Shown: positions 25,502 through 37,659 of the stretch, one piece after another
Layout: each line of letters begins with the position of its first letter
How positions within the stretch are numbered: position 1 is the stretch's first letter
DNA from: Malacoraja senta
Taxonomy: Eukaryota
NCBI GenBank assembly: GCA_038087875.1
Contig: CM075987.1
Coordinates: 22,196,001 to 22,260,000 of the forward strand
Reading direction: 5' to 3'
DNA length: 64,000 nt
Position numbers and translations under genes: made by a program
The notes under the pieces: generated by a model
Seen by the model: only the letters and a program-made list of their open reading frames with translations
What the model was told of the DNA's origin: nothing
Databases searched by the model: none

Positions 25502-27147
25502 TAGACACAAAATTCTGGAGTAACTCAGCGGGACAGGCAGCATCTCTGGAGAGAAGGAATGGATGATGTTTCGGGTCGAGACCTTTCTTCAGTCTCGGCC
25601 CGAAATGTCATCCATTCCTTCTCTCCAGTGATTGAAGACTGGAGGGTGGCAAATGTGTGCCTCTATTCAAGAAGGGCTGCTGGTAAAATTCTGGGAACTA
25701 TTGGCCAGTGAGCTTAACTTCTGTAGATGGAAAGTTACTAGAGAGTGTTCTGAGGGATAGGATATACAGGCATTTGGATGGGCAAGGGCTGATTAGGGAT
25801 AGTCAGCATGGGTTTGTACTTGGGAGGTTATGTCGCACAAATCTGATTGAGTTTTTTGAAGATGTGACCAAAAATGTCAATGTGGGCAGAGCTGCAGATG
25901 TTGTATACATGGACTTCAGCAGAACATTTGACAAGGTTCTGCATGGTAGGCTGCTCTGGAAGGTTAGATTGCATGGGATCCAAGGAAAGATGGCTGAATG
26001 GATAGAAAATTGGCTTCATGGAAGGAAGCAGAGGGTGATGGTGGATGATTGCTTCTCAGACTGGAGGCCTGTGACCAGTGGTGTGCCTCAGGGTTCGGTG
26101 CTGGGCCAATTACTGTTTGTCATCTATATCAATGAATTGGATGAGAACATACACGGCAAGATTAACAAGTTTGCAGATGATACAAAAGTGGGTGGTTTTG
26201 CAGATAGTGAAGATGGTTGTGAAAGATTACAGCAGGGTTAGCCAGGTGGGCTGAGGATTGGTTGATGGAATATAATACAGAGAAATATAAGGTGTTGCAT
26301 TTTTGGAAGTCTAACATGGGCAGGACCTACACAGTGAATGGTAGGGCTCTGGGGAGTGTTGTAGAGCAGAGGGATCTAGGAGTGCAGGTGCATGGTTCCT
26401 TGAAGGTGGAGTGACAAATAGCTAGGGTGGTCAAAAAGGCTTTTGGCACATTGGCCTTCACCAGTCAGAGATTTGAGTATAGAAATTAGGAAGTCATGTT
26501 GCAGTTGTATAAGATGTTGGTGAGGCTGCATTTCGAGTATTGTGTTCAGGTCTGGGCACCATGCTATATGAAAGATGTTGTCAAGCTGGAAAGGGTACAG
26601 AGAAGATTTACGAGGATGTTGCCAGGACTAAAGGGTGTGAACTATAAGGAGAGGTTGAGTAGGCTGGGAGCGCAGGAGGATGAGGGGTGATCTTAATTGA
26701 GGTGTATAAAATCATGAGAGGAATAGATCATATAGGTGCACAGAGTCTCTTGCCCAGAGTAGGTGAATCAGAGACCAGAGGCCATAGGTTTAAAGTGAAG
26801 AGGAAAAGATTTAATAGGAATCTGAGGGGTAACATTTTCACACAAAGGGTGGTGGGTGTATGGAGGAAGTAGTTAAGGCTGGGATGCCAGAGGAGGTAGT
26901 TAAGGCTGGGACTATCCCAACATTTAAGAAACAGTTAGACAGGTACATGGATAGGACAGGTTTGGAGGGATATGGACATAATGTAGTTAGGTGGGACTAG
27001 TGTTGGCATGTTGGCTGGTGTGGGCAAAGGACCTATTTCCACACTCTATCACTCTATGACGCTATGATGCTGCCAGTCTTGCTTAGTTACACCAGCATTT
27101 TGTGTCCATCTTCGGTGTAAACCAGCATCTGCAGTTCCTTCCTACAC
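25502..27147. mobile_element. Palindromic Penelope-derived element split by a CR1 insertion
   Basis: Left part 25502-25632 stops at TTCTCTCCAGTGAT; the right arm resumes GATGCTGCC..CAGCATTTTGTGTC..GCAGTTCCTTCCTACAC at 27066-27147. Confidence 0.8.
25633..27064 (+). mobile_element. 5'-truncated CR1 LINE, RT domain to 3' tail, frameshifted
   Basis: ORFs with SQHGF, YMDFSRTFDKV, SGVPQGSVLG, KFADDTK and HFEYCVQVW; tail (ACTCTAT.)n. Confidence 0.95.
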
Positions 27148-28554
27148 ATTTAATCTGCATCTGGTTATTGTATGCACAGTTGTGTCCTCATCTCTCTTAT
27201 TCCGCCCACAAATATGCTATTGAATGCAGAGGTTTGATGTGTGCATGAACTCCCACTCATCAAAACCACATACAAATCTTCTCAAAAACAGTATCTGTAC
27301 ACAAAACAGCTTCGGTTTTATCTATAACCTATACTTATTTATTTGTTAAGTATATGTATTTGCCTGCTTCTTACCAGCATACTTCCTTTTGGTCCCAATT
27401 ACAATGTTTGAACTCTTAAATCTAATCGATTGTTTCTCTGGATGGTCATCGAAATAGCAGGAGTGGATGAAATAAAAAAGAAATAAAGTGCTGGAGTAAC
27501 TCAGCGGGTCTAGCAGCATCTCTGGAGAACATGAATAGGTGACTTCGGGACACAGCCCATCTTCTGACTGATTGATCAAATGTTTGATTAGAGTGTCCAA
27601 TTTTGATCTACTTAGGACTGAAGTACTGCTTATCTCATGGTGCTTAGTACACAATGGATCTCATCTCGGCTTCACCTCTTGCGTACCGCCTGGCCAGCCA
27701 GCACCTTTAGAGTCACACTTACGCGAGCATCTGAGGAACAGGCAAAAGGAAACTCGCATGTTGCTTTTCCATAGACAACACTTTCACATGAGCACGTTGA
27801 TTCTGCACAGCAGCTATTTCTGCAAAAAAATATATATAAGTACTGGAGAACCCAATGCGTCAGGCAGCATCTCTGGAGAAAATGGGTAGTTGATGTTTCG
27901 GGTCGGCACCTTTTTTCAGCCTGATTGAACTTTTTCTGCGGGTGTCTTTGGGCTGCTCTCCAAACCTTTGGGGTTTTGAGGGGGAAGGAATGAGTCTTTT
28001 CATCTGACCTGCTTGGCATATCTGACATTTCACAACATTTTGCACTCCTTTTTGTGTCATCACTCCCAAAATGCCACCATAAACAGGTAGTCCCTTTGAC
28101 CAAATCAATTCTCCATTATCTTAGCTGCAATTAGTTTTTCTCTATTTCCTAGTTCTGACTAAGGGTTTCGGACCTGAAATGTTATCTGTTTTTATTTCAT
28201 GGTTTTTCATCTCTTGGTTATTTGTTCTTTGGATTTGGGTGACATTGGAAAAACTATTTAATGAACTTCCCTAATTTGCCTTGGAAAGGTTGTGTGAGCC
28301 ACCCTGAACCGCTGAAATCTTTGGAATGAAAGCCCTCTCAGACTGCTTTTAGGAAGGCAATTCTAGGAGTTTAACCACCAAGGCATTTTAACCAATATGG
28401 CCACTTTTTAGGTCAGGATAGTGTATGATGTGGAGGAGAAAGCCAGATCTGCCATTCTCTTGTCCCTGTTGTATTTATAGTTCTTGTTGGTAGAGTTGAT
28501 GAGAAGTGGTTTTAGTGAATTACTACAATGCATCATACAGATAGTAGACTCTGC

Positions 28555-28985
28555 CACAAAATCGTTTCGCTGAACACCTCTGCTCAGTCCATCTTAACAT
28601 ACCTGATCTCCCGGTTGCTCAGCATTTCAACTCTCCCTCCCATTCCCTTTCAGACCTTTCTGTCCTGGGCCTCCACCATTGTCATAGTGAGGCCCAGTGC
28701 AAGTTGGAGGAACAGCACCTCATATTTTGCTTGGGTAGTTTACGCCCCAGCAGTATGAAAATTGACTTCACTAATTTCAGATAGCCCTTGCTTTCTCTTA
28801 CCGTCCCCTCCCCCTTCCCAGTTCTCCCACCAGTCTTACTATCTCCGCCTACATTCGATATTTGTCCCGCCCCCTCCCCTGATATCAGTCTGAAGAAGGG
28901 TCTCGACCCAAAACGTCGCCCATTCCTTCTCTCCAGAGATGCTGCCTCACCCGCTGAGTTACTCCAGCATTTTGCATCTACCTTT
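28555..28985 (+). mobile_element. Penelope-like element 3' fragment (GIY-YIG C-terminal part plus terminal repeat)
   Basis: Close copy of 47758-48183. Confidence 0.85.
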
Positions 28986-29849
28986 GTGTTTTCCCTTTGA
29001 TTCCTACTTACTTCAGTTCTGTGATGGTTTCATCTGACAGATGCAATGGTTTCCCCTTTGTGTTCCGTTCATCTGATGGCGTTTGAACCAAAATTGTCTA
29101 CCTGCTAATTTGTTAATATGAATAACTTAACCAGGGGTGTTCAGCTGCAGCCTCCACAGTGCTCCTGGAATAGAGAGGCCCCAGCAAAACTCAAACTGGG
29201 CATCATCTGCCATCAAAAGCTTCAATGGCCCAGCCAACAGGAGTCCTTTGAATAGCAAATTCTTCTAAACTAACTGCCTACCCACCTGCCCAATATGTGG
29301 AAGAGTGCAATTCCCATCGGTTATCTTGGAATTCACAAAAATTAAGTGGAAGCAAATCATCCACGACTCTGAGGGACTGCTACAAATAAGAATGAGGAAT
29401 ATATCTTTGGAAATTGGATTGGCTCCTCTTAGTGTGATTGGCAAAGTAAATTCATTAAAGTTCCCATGGCATTATATTGTAAGTGGAGACATGGAGATAT
29501 TATTCATTGTTCTACACGTTTTGTATTTAACATTGACATTGTGCATAGGACATTAATAGAGTAACTATAGCTTAAGAACTGTAACCTCATTAAGCACAGT
29601 GCCATGTTAACAAATGCCAGGGATTCCATTGTCCCATGATATAAGGTGCTTCCTGGAACTCACGGGAAAGTTTACTGATTTATTTACATTGATCTTAATG
29701 GCAGTTTCCTCATAAAACCAATAGAGGCAGTAGACTAGCAATCATCAGCCCACTGCCACTCCTGTAAAGGAGCAACTTTTAACATCCCACATTTAATCCT
29801 AATCGGCTGGAGGAGCACTGTGGAGACTACAACTGAAGACTTGGGTAAG

Positions 29850-30160
29850 GATCATCACATCAAGAGATTAGTAGGTAGACAGAGGAAAGACAGAGGATGT
29901 TCTCAAGCCCCTTTGAAAAGGTTTAACAATCACATCACCTTGTGGGAATCCCTGGCTAGTGAACATTCATTGTGGAAGAGCACCATTCTAGATGACACTG
30001 AGAACCACAAGTCTGCAGTTTGAGAGCACTCTGATGCTCAACTTAAATAACAGAGTGGCATGGCACCTCCCAAACTACCTGTCTCCTGACCACTTCCTGT
30101 CCCACATCATTCACCACAATCCATTGACCAAATCTTTCCTTGACCCTGAGGACTGACTAA
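29850..30160 (+). mobile_element. Old RTE-clade LINE 3' end
   Basis: GRQRK...APLKRFNNHITLWESLASEHSLWKSTI resembles the RTE C-terminus GGQRKRFKDxLKxxLKxxxIxxxxWExLAxDRxxWR. Confidence 0.6.
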
Positions 30161-32331
30161 TAGAAGAGTTTTATTCAGTTGTAAAGCTCTTTGGATCTCC
30201 TGCAGCTTTCAAAGGAGCTTTAAATACAAACAAAAAAAACTTCTGCAGGAACTCTGTGGGTTAGGCAGCATCTGTGGAGGGAAATGGACAAACAGTCAAT
30301 GTTTGGTTTCCAGACTCTTCATTTGGAGCGCGTAGGAAGGAACTGCAGATGCTGGTTTATACCAAAATTATTCACAAAATGCTGGGGTAAGACACAGACT
30401 AGAACTCCAGATGAGGGCTCTTGTCTCAAAACGTCAACTGTCCATTTCCCCTCACAGATGCTGCCTGACCTGCTGAGTTCTCTTGTGTCTCTATAAAAAC
30501 AGAAATCCTGTTTTATTTCTTTCTCCTTGCATCTTGTATAGTTAAAGCCATCCAAAATTATTGCTCTATTGGTTGTATATTTCTCAGTGAGTTAACTCGA
30601 TTTGCTCTATTTCTCATCTTCAAAGTTTAGTAGAAGTTGCGTGTAAATTTTCTTTTTTTTTCTCGTGCTCTCCTTATTGATTCTGGCTTCACCCCCAAGT
30701 TAAACTTCCTTCTTCCCTATTGATTTAAAACTCAGCAAGTCAGGCAGCATATCTGATGATCTCATATTCTTCAGATTGATGAAGAAGGGTTCCAGCCCGA
30801 AACGTCACCTATTCATATTCTCCAGAGATGTTGCCTGAACCACTGAGTTACCACAGCACTTTTTGCCCGATTCTCCAATCACTCTCTCATCAAAGACATT
30901 TGTGGTGTTTTTGATATGTGGTTATCAGTTGGGTTCCAGGACTCATCCAGATGTCTCAAGAAAGTGACTAGACCTTTGTGCACCAATCTTGCATTGATCT
31001 ATCTAATCCTACTTCACCTAGCCTCTCCAATCTACAGTACAATTACCACTCTGTAGGTTTTGTTTTGTGAGCTGGTGCCTACATTTCAAAGACTTCATTG
31101 GCTATAAAACACCGTGAAACATCCTGAGGTTGTGAAAGCTGATGAATAAATGCAAGTTCTTTGTTTTTGTTTTCTTTCATTCTCTTGTTCTTTCATTTAC
31201 CTTGCACTGAATCCAAATATTTTCGGTATGTATCCAGATGAAGTCTTTAGCCTGATTCAGAGTGAAGCCTTTTACAATGCGACACTTATATCATGTTAGT
31301 CTGGTAATAAGGTTTCACTAGTTGCATTTACAATATCAGTAGTGTTACATTTTCCAAAATGTAACTTTTCCATATCAAGCGTATTATAAATGCAGTCTTC
31401 AAAACAGATTGCAATTAACATAAGAAAGGTGATTTTTTTAACCAGGAGATCATCTAACCTTTTCTTCCTTTTGTTCTATTTAAAGTGCATCCAGGTAGTG
31501 GGATCATCTGAAGAGCTCAGCAGCACTTCCCTCAAGTCTTCATTCTTCAATGATTGTAACAATCCAGCGTGAACAATCTACACAAGGACATTTGGCCCTT
31601 TTATGTTGGAGTCAAGCATAATTGAACTAATACCAGCTAACTCATCTGAAACAAGGTAGTGACCTTCAAGTCTCTATTAATTTGGGAAGGACCCTGGGTT
31701 GGAAGGGCTTTTTAAAAGTTATGTCCAACTTAGCCATATAGTAAAAGACAAAAAATAGATCCAGTACTTTAACTGACAACGATTTACTGTAAGTAGTTGC
31801 AAAACATTCTTACAAACAGAACTCAATTGATTACCAAGTATTTAATAAGGTGCTGAGGATGAATTACCATCGGAAACTGTATTAAAAATCTCTGTCAATA
31901 GCAAACTTATCCATAATATTTTATTGCAGCAGATTTTTCTCTGGTTCCATAAAATGTTCTTATCCATTAAAAACGTTGTTTTCTCTTGTAGTGAAAGTAA
32001 TTATATAAATACAAGTTCTTCTTTCAATTAACCAACAGCTCGACAACACACTAATGGACAATTCATTTCACTTGGTTATGGTTCTTGCTCTTCGCAAAAT
32101 GTCTGCTATGTTTGCTTATATTGCCGCAGCAATTACATTTTTTTTAAGTGAAGAGTTTTGATATGTCCTGAATTCATGGCAAGATCTTTCTTTATTGCCT
32201 TTTTTGTTAGAATGTTTGTGTGATTATTGAAGTTCATTATTTGAGAATGGACTGGGTGACAGCCAGCAGTGATGTGATGAAGCCTCCAAGAAAATGTCCT
32301 ACTCAAGTTGGCAACTCTTGTTAAAAAGAAT

Positions 32332-32556
32332 AGAATGGAACTGCAGATGCTGGTATATAATGAAGAGAGACACAAAGTATTGGAGTAACTCAGCGGGTCA
32401 GGCAGCATCTCTGGAGAAAAAGGATGGGTGATTGGATGGATTAGAAAATGGATGGTTCAGTGTGAAGAAGGGTCCCGATCCGAAACATCACCCTTCCGTT
32501 TTCTCCAGAGATGCTGCATGACCCGCTAAGTTTCTCCAGCACGTTGTGTCTATCTA
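32332..32556. mobile_element. Short palindromic Penelope-derived element with TSD
   Basis: Inverted arms; flanking GTTAAAA(A/G)GAAT at 32320-32331 and 32557-32568. Confidence 0.8.
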
Positions 32557-33825
32557 GTTAAAAGGAATTGGTCTTCTGTGTTTGTATTGCAGGTCCAGGC
32601 AAACCCAGCATAGCACCAATGCATTGATGATATTGGGTCAAGAGTTTGTAATGTTATAGTCCCTAAGTAATTACATTCTGCAATACACAAACTGTGATTT
32701 GTGTTTCATCCATATGAGGTTCAGAAGACATATAATGTCCTCTGATCCTCATGATTTCCCTCTCAACTGTACCTCTACACTTCTTATATCCCTCAAGGGA
32801 TTCGTTTGACCCCAGCTGCTTATACCCGACATAAAACTTGTTTTTCTTTTTAGAGTCTCAAAACCCCTCATCATCCAGAGTTTCCTAAACCTGCCAGCGG
32901 TGCCCTTTATTTAAACAGGAACATGCTGCCCCTGAAAAGAACATGCGTCCCTTTTTGGACATTTTAATTTTAATTTTTAATTGTATTTAAATGACATTTT
33001 CTGTGTAAAGGTTTTAGTAATCCAGGGTAAAAAGAGTATGGGTGTTGGAATTGAAAATATGTACAATCATATAGGCAGCATGTAAATAGGATACTGATGT
33101 TGTCCTAATTACAAAGTAACCAGAAAAGCTAACAGTGTGTTTATTTAGCTGCACCAACAACCTTCGGATGTGACTGTAGGTGGCTCCTATTTAGTGTGTC
33201 AGTGAGATGGGTTGAGGTAAAAACAGATATTACTGTACACTGCAGAAGCATTGTATTTCACCAGCAGCGTCAGGTCTGTAAAACAACTAAGCTGCAAATG
33301 TCGTCCTGTTCTTAACTGGCAGAATCTGCGAAAATCTCATTCCTAGTAATTTCAGCACTGGGGTGCTTTGTTGTAAACTATTTTACAAATCATGTTTGTC
33401 TAGAAATATAATGCTGCATTATTATAGGGCAGTGAAAATTGCATAATAAGCCTTGATCTTCCAAATGTAGGATCTATACATAACTAAAACTCTGATCTTG
33501 TTATCTTCCGGTTTGGCGGTCTTTCTATTTGCGCAAAAACAGCTCGCGAGAGCGCTACAATTTTTCGCCAGTTCACTCACCGTTCTCCTGTGCTGAGAGT
33601 GCGCCAAGTTTCGTTCCAATCGGTTGAATGTCGTAAAAGTTAGCGAGGTTTAAAAATCTTTAAAACCGCGCGTGCGCAGATCGATCTCTTCTCCTGCCAG
33701 TCGGCGCCACGCGGATTAGTCTCTTCCCCTGTCACTCCCCGGGACAGTCCGCCCCTTCCTGCGCCATCGCGTCTTTACTGGAGCTGAGGAGGGCCGGCGG
33801 AGGTTTCCAACCGTACTTTCGGAGG

Positions 33826-34026
33826 GACCCGAAGCAGCCCAGCCCTGTCCCAAGCAGCCCCGTCCCAAGCAGCAGCCCAGCGTTGGAGACCCGACCCAAC
33901 CCAGCCCAGCATCGGAGACCCGACCCAGCCCAGCCCAGCCCAGCATCGGAGACCCGACCCAGTCCAGCCCAGTGTGGGAGACCCAGCCCAGCACAGCCCA
34001 GTCGGAGACCCAGCCTGGAGTCGGAG
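33826..34026 (+). repeat. GC-rich minisatellite inside the Helitron
   Basis: About 6-7 variable units of GGAGACCCGACCCAG(CCCAG)nCATC. Confidence 0.85.
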
Positions 34027-34109
34027 ATGTCACCAAACGGAAAGCGGAGACTCTGATCCAGGTTGAGGAGAACGACCAGCGACCAGCCACTATCCCTCTG
34101 GTCCCTCTC

Positions 34110-34455
34110 ACTGGCTCCTCCCCCCTCCCCGTGATGCCCCCCTCTCCCCCATGGCTCTTCCCCGTCTTTTCTCCAAGCTCACTCCCCCACCCTCACACAC
34201 TCCTCTCCCCCACAACTCCCCCCCGCCCACAAACACCCCCTCCCACAAGCCCCCTGCCCACACACACCCCATCCCACATCCCTCCTCCCCCCTCCCATAC
34301 CCCTCCCACCCACATACACACCTCCCCCCCACCCCACACACCCCCCACCACACACACCCCTCCCCCACCCTCCCTTCCCCCACACCACCCTCTCCCCCCC
34401 TTACACCTCCCCGTCCACACACCCCACTTGCCTCCCCCCCTCCCCTCCCACACAT
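34110..34455 (+). repeat. C/CA-rich low-complexity tract (G-rich on the minus strand) inside the Helitron
   Basis: Runs of C separated by A/T for ~340 bp. Confidence 0.9.
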
Positions 34456-35277
34456 GAAGAGGAGGGGATGGGAGTGCTCGGGGATGAGGGGAAATGAGCC
34501 GCGTCTGCGCAGTTAGGGGCTATGGGTGAGTGGTGGAATATTGTGTTAGGGAATGGGTTGCGTTGGGGGACCAGGCCTCCCGTGTGACTGGGACCCAATG
34601 GGTCCCACTTAGTCTAGTACTCACTAAAGATATGATTATGCTGGAGCAGTACAGCTGGAGACTCAACACATTCCCTCCTTTGGCTGCGCTTCTCAATGAA
34701 AGCAACTTAAGATCTGGGGAACTGAAAGGAAGGATTTGGGGCAGTAAAAGGGTTGGCAATCCTCTGTTAGACTTGCCCTGGGAATTCCAGGAATTAAGGA
34801 TTAATCTCCTGCACACTGCTGCAAGCAAACAATGTGATAAATAATAGCCTCATAAAAAACATTTTTCATTTAGAGTCAGAGAGTCATACAGCATGAAAAC
34901 GACCCTTCGGTCCAACTTGTCCATGCTGGCCGATATGCCCCATCGAAGCTAGTCCAATTTGACAGAGACATAGATATCATAGCCATCTAATACTGTATAT
35001 ATCTAATTTCCCAAGATATTTCTGTTTATTAGTCCTAAAAATACTGGTGATGGGGAATAGGCCATTTGTCCTGATGGCCGGCAGTGATGTGTTGAAGCCT
35101 ACAGGAATATGTCCTATCAAAGTTGGTAATTTTAGTTAGTGAACATATATTTAAAACAAGTTAGTTTCCTCTGTTTTTGTATTCTAGATTCTGGTAATAC
35201 TCAGCAAAGCACCAGTACATTGATGGGAACAATCCTTAGTGTGCAGTGTCAAAGCAGAGATGACATTCTCATCCTGC

Positions 35278-35603
35278 GGGCGGCACGGTGGCGCAGTGGC
35301 AGAGTTGCTGCCTTACAGCGTTTGCAGCGCCGGAGACCTGGGTTTGATCCCGACTACGGGTGCTGTCTGTACGGGGTTTGCACGGTCTCCCCGTGACCGC
35401 GTGGGTTTTGCTCCGAGTTCTTTGGTTTCCTCCCACACTCCAAAGACGTACAGTATGTAAGTTAATTGGCTTGGTGTAAGTGTAGATTGTCCCTAGTGTG
35501 TGTAGGATAGTGTTAATGTGTGGGGGTCGCTGGTCGGCTCTGACTCAGTGGGCCAAAGGGCCTGTTTCCGCGCTGTATCTCTAATCTAAACTAAACTAAA
35601 CTA
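35278..35603 (+). mobile_element. tRNA-derived V-SINE (HE1-like), full length
   Basis: A-box TGGCGCAGTGG at 35289-35299, B-box GGTTTGATCCC at 35341-35351, CR1-like 3' end GGGCCAAAGGGCCTGTTTCC and (CTAAA)n tail. Confidence 0.92.
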
Positions 35604-35655
35604 TACATTGCATTTTTCAGAGGTGATCTGGTTTCTTGGGTAAAGTGTCTTAATA

Positions 35656-35887
35656 CGTCGAAGATAGATACAAAAAGCTGGAGTAACTCAGTGGGTCAGA
35701 GAGCATCTCTGGAGAAAAGGAATAGGTGACGTTTCAGGTCGTGACCCTTCTTCAGACTGTCTTAATAGGTCAGTCTACTCTCAAACATTTGGTGTGTAAG
35801 AAGGAACTGTAGATGCTGGTTTACACCGAAGATGGACACAAAATGCTGGAGTAACTCAGCGGGTTACTCCAACATTTAGTGTCTATT
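35656..35887 (-). mobile_element. Two adjacent short Penelope-derived insertions, each with its own TSD
   Basis: TGTCTTAATA at 35646-35655 and 35758-35767; TCAAA(C/T)ATTTGG at 35781-35792 and 35888-35899. Confidence 0.8.
35724..35759 (-). ncRNA. Minimal type I hammerhead ribozyme motif (best-preserved copy in the window)
   Basis: Minus strand CAGT-CTGAAGA-A-GGGTC-AC-GACCT-GAAA-CG-TC-ACC: CUGANGA and GAAA boxes, stem II hairpin, palindromic ACGU stem III, GUC triplet. Stem I is only ~2 bp, so activity is unproven. Confidence 0.55.
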
Positions 35888-37074
35888 TCAAATATTTGGA
35901 GAGATTTTCACTTATTTTACTTCTGAAACGGAATTCCCTTTGATATATAGCCTGCGGTACATGATAGAGAACAGGAGGAGCCTGTTTGACCCATCATACT
36001 AATGTCAGCTTTTAAAAAAAAAAGTTATTCAATTTGTTCTACCAACTCTATTGTTTTCCACAGCCTTTCAATTATGCATCATTAGGCCATGTAGAATTTT
36101 CTTCCATCATCTTTTACAGAAGATGGAAAAGGGAATTTCTTAACAAGGAGGTCCGAAAGGAGCATTTGTATTCCTTTACAATGATATATTAAGAATATTT
36201 AAAACTAAGACATACTTATTTCAAATCACGATCCTGGCTATTATTTGGTGTGAGGGTGTTAGTTGCAGTCCTGGGTTAAGAACTGAATGATGCATCAGTC
36301 GCTGATACTTTGATACACTAGGAAATGTATGGAAGGTGCTAGGTTGCCCTTCTAACTAACTGCAGTGTAAGCAGGGTTAAACAAATGGGTTTAATATCAT
36401 AGTCAACATAAGTAAAGTAGATTTCAGCTTGTTTAATACAGTATGTTTGACTGTGGGACAAGCATTTGTCCAAGTGAAACATAGATCAAAGTGTGTTTTG
36501 AATTTCATGTCCCTTTGGTCTAGTTACAACCCCGTAAGGTGGGGATGTTTAGTTGGCATGCATTTCTTAGCACTTCAGTTCCAGGGATTTGTATGTGTAT
36601 TTTGTACCGTTTCTTTTGGCAGTGTTTAATCTCTGATTTAGCAAAACAAGATTTGGGAATGTGAAGAAGGGGTCTGAATAAAATATCTTTTGCTCTTCAC
36701 CAGATACCTTTGCTGGCCTTGATACCTCCAATGATTGAATGGCAAGTCAACACTCACTCTAAACATTATAACATTTCTGAGACCCTGAGGAGAAATGGGA
36801 CAAAACAAGGAACAGATCTTTGACTTTAAAAAAAACACTGTAGGCTGGTGCTCAATGTTCTGATTCTCCTGTAAAAGGAATAAACATGGAATAAATGACA
36901 AAGGATTTTTGCAGCTTTGGAATCGTGAAGTGTAGTAAGAGGCCATATGATCCGCCAAAGTTATGCAGGCTCTTAGATAGAGAGAACATGTTAATTCCAC
37001 GCCTTAGTTCATTTTCTTTGTGAATATTTTCCTCTTAAAATATTTGTCCAATTCCTTCTTGAACTGTTTTTCAT

Positions 37075-37610
37075 TTAGGATTAGAATTAGGTTTATTATT
37101 GTCACATGTACCAAGATATAGTGAAAAGCTTTGTTTTGGATGCTATCCAATCAGCTCAAATAGTACTAGACATAAATATAATTGTTAAACTCAAGTACAA
37201 TAGATGGAGCAAAGGGAAAGATACAGAGTGCAGACTATAGTTTTCAGCATTGTAGCGCATCAGCTCCATGGACAAGGACCATGATCCATAATGGGGTAAA
37301 GGTGAATCAGACAGTACCCTGGCTTATGGAAAGACCGTTCAGAAGCCTGATAAAAGAGAGGAAGAAACTGTTCCTGAGTCTGGTGGTGGGCACTTTCAAG
37401 CTTCTGTACCTTCTGCAGGATGGGGGCAGAGAGAAGAAGGAGTGACCGGGGCGGGACAAGTCTTTAATTATGTTGGCTGTTTTTCTGAGGCAGTATAAAG
37501 TCAGTGAGGGGGAGTCTGGTCTGTGTGATGGACAGGGCTGCAATTACTACTTTCTGCAATTTCTCATGGACTTAGGCAGAGATGTTTCCAAACCAAGCTG
37601 TGATGACAAA
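37075..37610 (-). mobile_element. Rex/Babar-clade LINE 3' end
   Basis: CLRKTANIIKDLSRPGHSFFSLPPSCRRYRSLKVPTTRLRNSFF, then 3' UTR with ACATGTGACAATAATAAAC and a short repeat tail. Confidence 0.85.
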
Positions 37611-37659
37611 TATAACCACATATCTGTGGAGGTTAAACCAGTGGATATTGACAGGTTGG

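Larger units (their letters stand above)
33473..34617 (+). mobile_element. Non-autonomous Helitron (1145 bp)
   Basis: 5' TC (TCTATACATAACTAAAA); 3' hairpin TGGGACCC-AAT-GGGTCCCA (34589-34607) followed 6 nt later by terminal CTAG; inserted between A (33472) and T (34618) with no TSD; sharp GC/CpG rise against the flanks. Confidence 0.85.

Noticed and set aside
31480-31660. Protein-looking minus-strand frame (IVHAGLLQSLKNEDLREVLL...)
   Set aside because: Short, bounded by stops, no family recognised.
33826-34026. Regular repeats that might be read as a CRISPR-like array
   Set aside because: No unique spacers and no cas genes; it is a minisatellite inside a Helitron in vertebrate DNA.
33716-34598. 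Several overlapping Pro/His- or Gly-rich ORFs
   Set aside because: Artefacts of low-complexity sequence lacking stop codons.
35278-35360. tRNA-like sequence with A and B boxes
   Set aside because: It is the head of a SINE, continuing into the V-domain and CR1-like tail; not a tRNA gene.
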